Below, piece by piece: positions 59,226-64,000 of a DNA stretch of 64,000 nt. The stretch lies in assembly GCA_036746835.1 (NCBI GenBank), contig DAIODM010000002.1, forward strand, positions 37,527-101,526, given 5' to 3'. Position numbers and translations under genes: made by a program. Source of the DNA: Candidatus Onthovivens sp. Its GTDB lineage: Bacteria > Bacillota_I > Bacilli_A > RFN20 > CAG-826. The stretch's first letter is position 1; each line of letters opens with the position of its first letter. The notes under the pieces are model-generated. The model had not been told where the DNA came from. It saw nothing but the letters and a program-made list of their open reading frames with translations, and did not search any database.

Positions 59226-60665
59226 ATGAAAAACGAAAAAAATTCTAGTAGCGTTTCTGGTGAGAAGCCTTTTAAATTAAACTACAAAAGAACCTTTATA
59301 ATTGGTTTTGCGTTCTTTGGTATTTTACTTTTATGGCAAGTCTATGATTCATGGTGTCCTACATTTTTAACTGAACTTTTTAAGGAAGCTTTAGGTACAA
59401 GTAAAAATGAAGAAGTCCAATATCTTGTTGGTATCATGATGGCGTTAGATAATGTTGCAGCCTTAATTATGCTTCCAATATTTGGTCACTTAAGTGATAA
59501 AACACACACAAAAATAGGAAAACGAATGCCTTATATTTTAGTTGGTACATTTATTTGTGCAGTTGCTTTCCCATTTATTCCTATCTTATTCCACTACCAT
59601 AATATGGGTGGAACGATTGCAATGATGGCAATAGTTGTTTTCTTTGCAATGATGTATCGTAATCCTGCTGTTGCTTTGATGCCTGATATTACTCCAAAAC
59701 CATTAAGATCAAAAGCTAACGGTATCATTAATATTATGGGTTATATCGGTGGCGCTTTTGCTACTGTTGTTGGTATTGTCTTCGTATTATCTAATTATTT
59801 AGGTGGCGCTGGTGCTACAAATTGGATTAACCACACTGCTAATATTTGGATTATTGAAGTTCCATTCTTAGTTGCTTCTGTTCTTATGGTTATAAGTGCT
59901 CTTGTTTTATTCTTCTCAATAAATGAAAACAAACTCGAAGAAGAAATGAAACCTGAGATGGAAAGAGGAGAAAAAGTTGCGGCTGTTGTTGATGAAGTTA
60001 AAGAAGACAAACCATTAACTAAAGCAAATAAAATTATGCTTTTCTTAATCCTTGGTGCCGAATTCTTCTGGTTTATGGCTGATAATGGAATCGGTACATT
60101 TATGGGCAACTACACTCTTTACTACTTAAAATGTAAGACTAGTTCTAATATGATTAACACTATTGTTGGTGGTTTAGGAAGTGTTATTGGCTTTGCAGTT
60201 GGTGGAACAATTGCTGGAAAGATTGGAAGAAAATGGACTATTCTTACTGGTTTATTAATTGCCTTTACTAGTGTTGCTGTTTGGTTAACATTAGGTTTAA
60301 TTATTCCAGTTAAGACTCCTGCAGAAGGTGCTTATAATGCCTTCCCTATTTATCTATATATTATTTGGGGATTAAAAGGATTTGGTATGTCACTTGTTCA
60401 CATTAATTCATTCCCAATGGTTGTTGAATTATCATCATCTAAAACAGTTGGTAGATTTACCGGTTATTATTATGCTTCTTCAATGGCTGCTCAAACATTA
60501 ACTCCATGTTTATTAGGTTTACTCTTACTTTCACCTAACTTTGGATTTGATTTACTCCCATTATATGCAACTATTTGTTTATTAATTTCTCTAGCAATTT
60601 TCTTCTTTGTTAAAAACGTTAAAAAAGGATTAGATCAAAAAGATAAAGCAATTAAAGCCGAATAA
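59226..60665 (+). CDS. MFS/GPH-type transporter
   Basis: Twelve predicted TM segments with a central acidic loop. Confidence 0.65.
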   Translation: MKNEKNSSSVSGEKPFKLNYKRTFIIGFAFFGILLLWQVYDSWCPTFLTELFKEALGTSKNEEVQYLVGIMMALDNVAALIMLPIFGHLSDKTHTKIGKRMPYILVGTFICAVAFPFIPILFHYHNMGGTIAMMAIVVFFAMMYRNPAVALMPDITPKPLRSKANGIINIMGYIGGAFATVVGIVFVLSNYLGGAGATNWINHTANIWIIEVPFLVASVLMVISALVLFFSINENKLEEEMKPEMERGEKVAAVVDEVKEDKPLTKANKIMLFLILGAEFFWFMADNGIGTFMGNYTLYYLKCKTSSNMINTIVGGLGSVIGFAVGGTIAGKIGRKWTILTGLLIAFTSVAVWLTLGLIIPVKTPAEGAYNAFPIYLYIIWGLKGFGMSLVHINSFPMVVELSSSKTVGRFTGYYYASSMAAQTLTPCLLGLLLLSPNFGFDLLPLYATICLLISLAIFFFVKNVKKGLDQKDKAIKAE

Positions 60666-60667
60666 TT

Positions 60668-61423
60668 ATGAATAAAAAAAGAGTTATTAAACATATTAAT
60701 CCTCTATTTTTAAAAGGAATTGCTCATCGTGGATTACATGATGATAAATTAACTGAAAATGGTTTAAAAGCTTTTAAAAAAGCAATTGATAATAATTTTG
60801 CTTTTGAACTTGATGTCCATTTAACAACTGATAATGTGCTCATTGTTTGTCATGATTCAGAACTTAAACGAACGACAGGAAAAGAAGGAATCATCGAACA
60901 TTTATCTTTTAAAGAAATAAAAGATAACTATAGATTACTTGATGGAGAAGATGTGCCAACCTTAAAAGAAGTTTTTGCTTTAGACAATGAAAAAGTTCCT
61001 ATTGTTGTTGAACTTAAAGTATATGAGAAAAACTATAAAGCTTTAGCAAAAGAAACTCTCAAAGAATTAAAATTAATCAAAGATAAAAGAAATATTATTG
61101 TAATTAGTTTTGATCCACGTGCTTTACTTTTTATGGGTCACCGCTATATTCGTCAATTATTAGTCACAACAAATAAAAATAACGAAATATTTTGGACTTT
61201 TAAATTACGCTATTTCTTTGAATCGCTTGATATGGATAGTGAATTAATGAACAATCCTAAAGTTATTAAATATTCAAAAAATCATTTTATAAACGTATGG
61301 ACAATAGATTCAAAAAATAAATTTGATAAAGTTTTCCCTTATATAAATACCACGACTTTTCAACTAATGGATAATGATTATGTAAGAGAAAATTTAACTA
61401 ATAAAAATAAGAAATATCTATAA
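60668..61423 (+). CDS. Glycerophosphodiester phosphodiesterase family protein
   Basis: GIAHRGLHDD...ELDVHLTTDNVLIVCHDSEL is the GDPD signature. Confidence 0.8.
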   Translation: MNKKRVIKHINPLFLKGIAHRGLHDDKLTENGLKAFKKAIDNNFAFELDVHLTTDNVLIVCHDSELKRTTGKEGIIEHLSFKEIKDNYRLLDGEDVPTLKEVFALDNEKVPIVVELKVYEKNYKALAKETLKELKLIKDKRNIIVISFDPRALLFMGHRYIRQLLVTTNKNNEIFWTFKLRYFFESLDMDSELMNNPKVIKYSKNHFINVWTIDSKNKFDKVFPYINTTTFQLMDNDYVRENLTNKNKKYL

Positions 61424-61458
61424 AAAAATCTCGGAAACTTAATTCCGAGATTTTATTT

Positions 61459-62334
61459 TTAATACTTTTTTCTAGAGTAACTTCTATCACTTCGTGGTTT
61501 ACGATCACCATATCTACCCTTCTTACTTTCTGTGTAAGAACCTGGGTTTTCATGGCTGTAATCAGCGCCTTGATAACTATCATTACTTCTTGAATGATAA
61601 CTATGGCTATCATCATGACTACGATAACCGCGATTATCATCATGATGGCTATACGAGCGACTTCTGCCATTATCATCATCACTTCTATAACTTCTTTCGC
61701 CACCACGACCAGCGAATCCATGATTTTCCTCATGTCCACCATCGTAATCACGATGTTCACTTCTTCTATAATCATGACTTCTACCACCACGATCTCCGCC
61801 ACGACCACCACGGCCAAATGAACGACCGCCTCTTGATGAACTTCTTTCTCTCTTTTCGCTGAGTTCAACATTGATTTCACGATCACCAATCTTATTTCCA
61901 GCGACTTTAGCTAAAACATCATCACTAAAATTCTTTGGTAATTCAAAGAATGAGAAGGTATCTTTTAAATAAACATCATTAAAATCAGTATCCTTAATCT
62001 CTGGAACATTATCCATAATAAGTTTCTTTAAACTATCCTTATCAAGATTATCCATCATGCCAACATTAATAAAGAAACGTTGGATATTGCTTTCTTTTTC
62101 AGCTTTAGCGACTTCTGCAGCGGCTTTAGCATCTTGTTTGGCTTTCTTTTCGGCTTCTTTGTTCTTAAAATCGACATACATCTTAAGGATGGCTGCACTA
62201 ATTGTCTCACTAGTGAATTGCTCACCAGCAGCACTTAACTCCTTCACGACGGCTGCATAATCATTACTAAATTCAGTTAAATCATTTGAATTTATGGTTG
62301 ATTGAATGCTTTCAATAATTTTTTCTAATTCCAT
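61459..62334 (-). CDS. Standalone DbpA-type RNA-binding-domain protein with a ~170-aa RGG/RS/HD/Y-rich repetitive C-terminal tail
   Basis: RFFINVGMMDNLDKDSLKKLIMD...KIGDREINVE matches the DbpA/YxiN C-terminal RNA-binding domain. The tail is made of (R/G/S/D/H/Y) repeats. The start was chosen at MELEK (AAAGGA ribosome-binding site); the tracked ORF extends to 62388. Confidence 0.6.
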   Translation of the reverse strand: MELEKIIESIQSTINSNDLTEFSNDYAAVVKELSAAGEQFTSETISAAILKMYVDFKNKEAEKKAKQDAKAAAEVAKAEKESNIQRFFINVGMMDNLDKDSLKKLIMDNVPEIKDTDFNDVYLKDTFSFFELPKNFSDDVLAKVAGNKIGDREINVELSEKRERSSSRGGRSFGRGGRGGDRGGRSHDYRRSEHRDYDGGHEENHGFAGRGGERSYRSDDDNGRSRSYSHHDDNRGYRSHDDSHSYHSRSNDSYQGADYSHENPGSYTESKKGRYGDRKPRSDRSYSRKKY

Positions 62335-62476
62335 ATTTTTCCTTTGCCTAAATTTCAGGGCGTCTAATAATAGCATAATCAAAAACATAAAGCACTAATT
62401 ATTTAAAATATTTTAATTTCGCCTTGTTTCTTAATTTTCCCATTAATCGTATAATATAAAAGGTTAGGAGAAAATT

Positions 62477-63099
62477 ATGGCAAATAAAAAGAAAATCGAG
62501 AGATTAGCTATGATTCTTTCATATATTACCTTAATCTGCTCCATTGCTTATATTGGCTTTCAACTTTATGTTGCTTATGTTTATGAAAGTGAGATAAACG
62601 TCGAAGATTGGATAAAAATTATTTATCAAACTTTATCTTACCTTACTTTATGTATTGGTTTGACTTTAAAAAAAATGTAATCCTTGCTGCTTTAATTACA
62701 GGAATAGTTGGTATTTCTTGCTTTTCAATACTTGGAGATTATCAAATTATTTCTGAATTATCTTTCTATTATGAGGTTCAATTTTTCCTTGGATTTACCC
62801 ACACAATCTCAATTATTTCAGATCTTATATTTTTAGTTGCTACTATTTCTTTTTTAATCTCTTTACTAGAAATATATTTAACAAATTCAATGAAATATAC
62901 CCTCATTTTCTTTTATATTTTTGTTGGATTTTCATTTTTAAGTCTTATTTATTGTATTTATGTATTTGCAAGTAACCAAGCCTTAATTGCTTTATTAGGA
63001 ATTGGTTCATATATAATTGGTATTGTTTATGGAACTTTATGCATATTAGTCATTCGTGCATATTTCTACGAAATTCTTGATAATGATTTAAATAAGTAG
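62477..63099 (+). pseudogene. Small polytopic membrane protein split by a frameshift at an A8 homopolymer (62668-62675). The tracked ORFs 62477..62680 and 62608..63099 are its two halves.
   Basis: Inserting one A joins ...CIGLTLKK to NVILAALITG..., giving one continuous ~205-aa hydrophobic protein. The two ORFs overlap by 73 nt in different frames. Confidence 0.5.
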
Positions 63100-63107
63100 G
63101 AGATTTT

Positions 63108-63725
63108 ATGAATAAAGAAATTAAACAAAGAGAAAAAGAAAGAGAAAAAGATACTGATAGAGAATTATCTAAAGTAGATTCTTTAATTGACTCTTATCGT
63201 AAAAATAATACTTATAAAGCTTTCGCAACCAAAAATGATATTAGTACAATCGAAATCGATCTAAATGATAACGAAATCTATAAAGAATATTCTAGTCATA
63301 ATCTTTTAAACAACTCAATATACGATTATGTTGAAGATACTTATGTTCTTTTTAATCGTAAAAATGGACTTGAAGTTAAATTTAAATTTCCTAGTAAGAT
63401 GAAAGATGATGAAAAAGAAAGAATTAAAGAACTATTTAGAGTGCACTATGCACTTAAATATAAAGAATTACGTAAAAAGATGGATAAACAATTAATTTTA
63501 TCAATTCTCTTTATATTTATTGGTGTATTAATTTTAACTATTCACTCAATTTACGTTTCTTTAAATTCCACTTCTATTTATGGAGAAGTATTTGATATCA
63601 TGGCTTGGGTCTTTGTTTGGGAAGCCGTTCAAACTTTATTCGTTGATTCGCTTGATAATCGTCGAGATTTAAGAATGTATACTTTATTATATATGGCACA
63701 ACCTGAACTTTACGATAAAAAATAA
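63108..63725 (+). CDS. Hypothetical membrane protein
   Basis: A charged N-terminal half and two C-terminal TM helices. Confidence 0.45.
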   Translation: MNKEIKQREKEREKDTDRELSKVDSLIDSYRKNNTYKAFATKNDISTIEIDLNDNEIYKEYSSHNLLNNSIYDYVEDTYVLFNRKNGLEVKFKFPSKMKDDEKERIKELFRVHYALKYKELRKKMDKQLILSILFIFIGVLILTIHSIYVSLNSTSIYGEVFDIMAWVFVWEAVQTLFVDSLDNRRDLRMYTLLYMAQPELYDKK

Positions 63726-63735
63726 AGAAAAATAT

Positions 63736-64000
63736 GAGTCAAAATATTACTCTATATAATTTAAGGAATTCTCTAGGCTTAAGTCGTTTTGCCTTAGCAA
63801 AAAAGGTTAGGATACCTTATATTTTCATTTATCTTTATGAAAACGGATATATTCACATCTTAAAAAAACATTTAATGAAGTTTAGTGCTTTTTTTAATGT
63901 CGATCCTACAGTTTTTAATGATGATTTAGGTTATCCTACTCCTCTTTACAAAGAACCTAGTGATGGAAAGTTTAAAGCAAAAGCTAAAAAGAAGATTTTA
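63736..64000 (+). CDS. XRE-like HTH protein, 5' part only (runs off the window end)
   Basis: MSQNITLYNLRNSLGLSRFALAKKV... is HTH-like. Confidence 0.4.

Noticed and set aside
61398-61889. ORFs 61398..61889 (-), 61494..61862 (+) and 61594..61821 (+) nested in the 61.5-61.9 kb region
   Set aside because: They are alternative-frame or antisense readings of the repetitive RGG/RS-tail coding DNA of the 61459..62334 gene. Their products are compositionally bizarre (poly-I/M/V, H/Y/D repeats) and have no ribosome-binding sites.
1-64000. CRISPR arrays, insertion sequences, integrases or prophage genes
   Set aside because: No direct-repeat/spacer periodicity and no transposase-, integrase- or phage-structural-like ORFs were seen. 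The only strongly repetitive DNA is the codon-level repeat in the RGG-tail gene.

Overview
This is an AT-rich (roughly 30% GC), low-GC Gram-positive-type chromosomal window read in the standard genetic code. Trp is encoded by TGG, and a tRNA-Trp with anticodon CCA is present. There are no rRNA genes, CRISPR arrays, transposases or integrases.

The first ~24 kb is core housekeeping with Bacillus-like synteny. It begins with the 3' end of infC, then rpmI and rplT. A minus-strand run follows: thiI, a NifS/NifZ-type cysteine desulfurase and ezrA. Next come rpsD with a long leader (+), an apt-tyrS pair (apt has an unusual C-terminal extension), a CcpA-like LacI regulator, ytpR-like, trmB, pepV, an ECF S-component, coaX, tex, and leuS behind a T-box leader. 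Then come a MerR regulator with a DUF3737-like gene, a kinase / ECF-S / flavodoxin operon, and glgC-glgD-glgA.

Immediately upstream of glgC, with a 22-nt gap on the same strand, sit three translationally coupled genes. Their sizes, order and ATPase motifs match MksF/MksE/MksB (JetA/JetB/JetC, Wadjet-like), with no JetD/MksG nuclease partner. This is the most system-like element in the window.

The remainder is more accessory. It contains rpmB, ybaK, hydrolases and a secreted N/S/T-rich protein. A solitary tRNA-Trp, yqeY and a K/E-rich DUF2188-like protein follow, then asnA and a degenerate (YD) HD-GYP protein. A PerR / 39-aa mini-rubredoxin (unannotated) / rubrerythrin cluster comes next. Two paralogous LPLAT acyltransferases flank a QxxRW processive GT2, next to a membrane-anchored XRE regulator and a GT8. 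A short lysine-riboswitch-like leader precedes a fused SBP-permease/ATPase amino-acid ABC transporter. There are flavoproteins, then a tandem GGDEF and REC-GGDEF(degenerate)-EAL-PAS c-di-GMP pair. These are followed by HAD, MFS and GDPD genes, and a standalone DbpA-type RNA-binding domain protein with a long RGG/RS/HD-rich repetitive tail. Last is a membrane-protein gene split by a frameshift at an A8 tract.

Several short unannotated ORFs with good ribosome-binding sites, intrinsic terminators and operator-like perfect palindromes are also visible.
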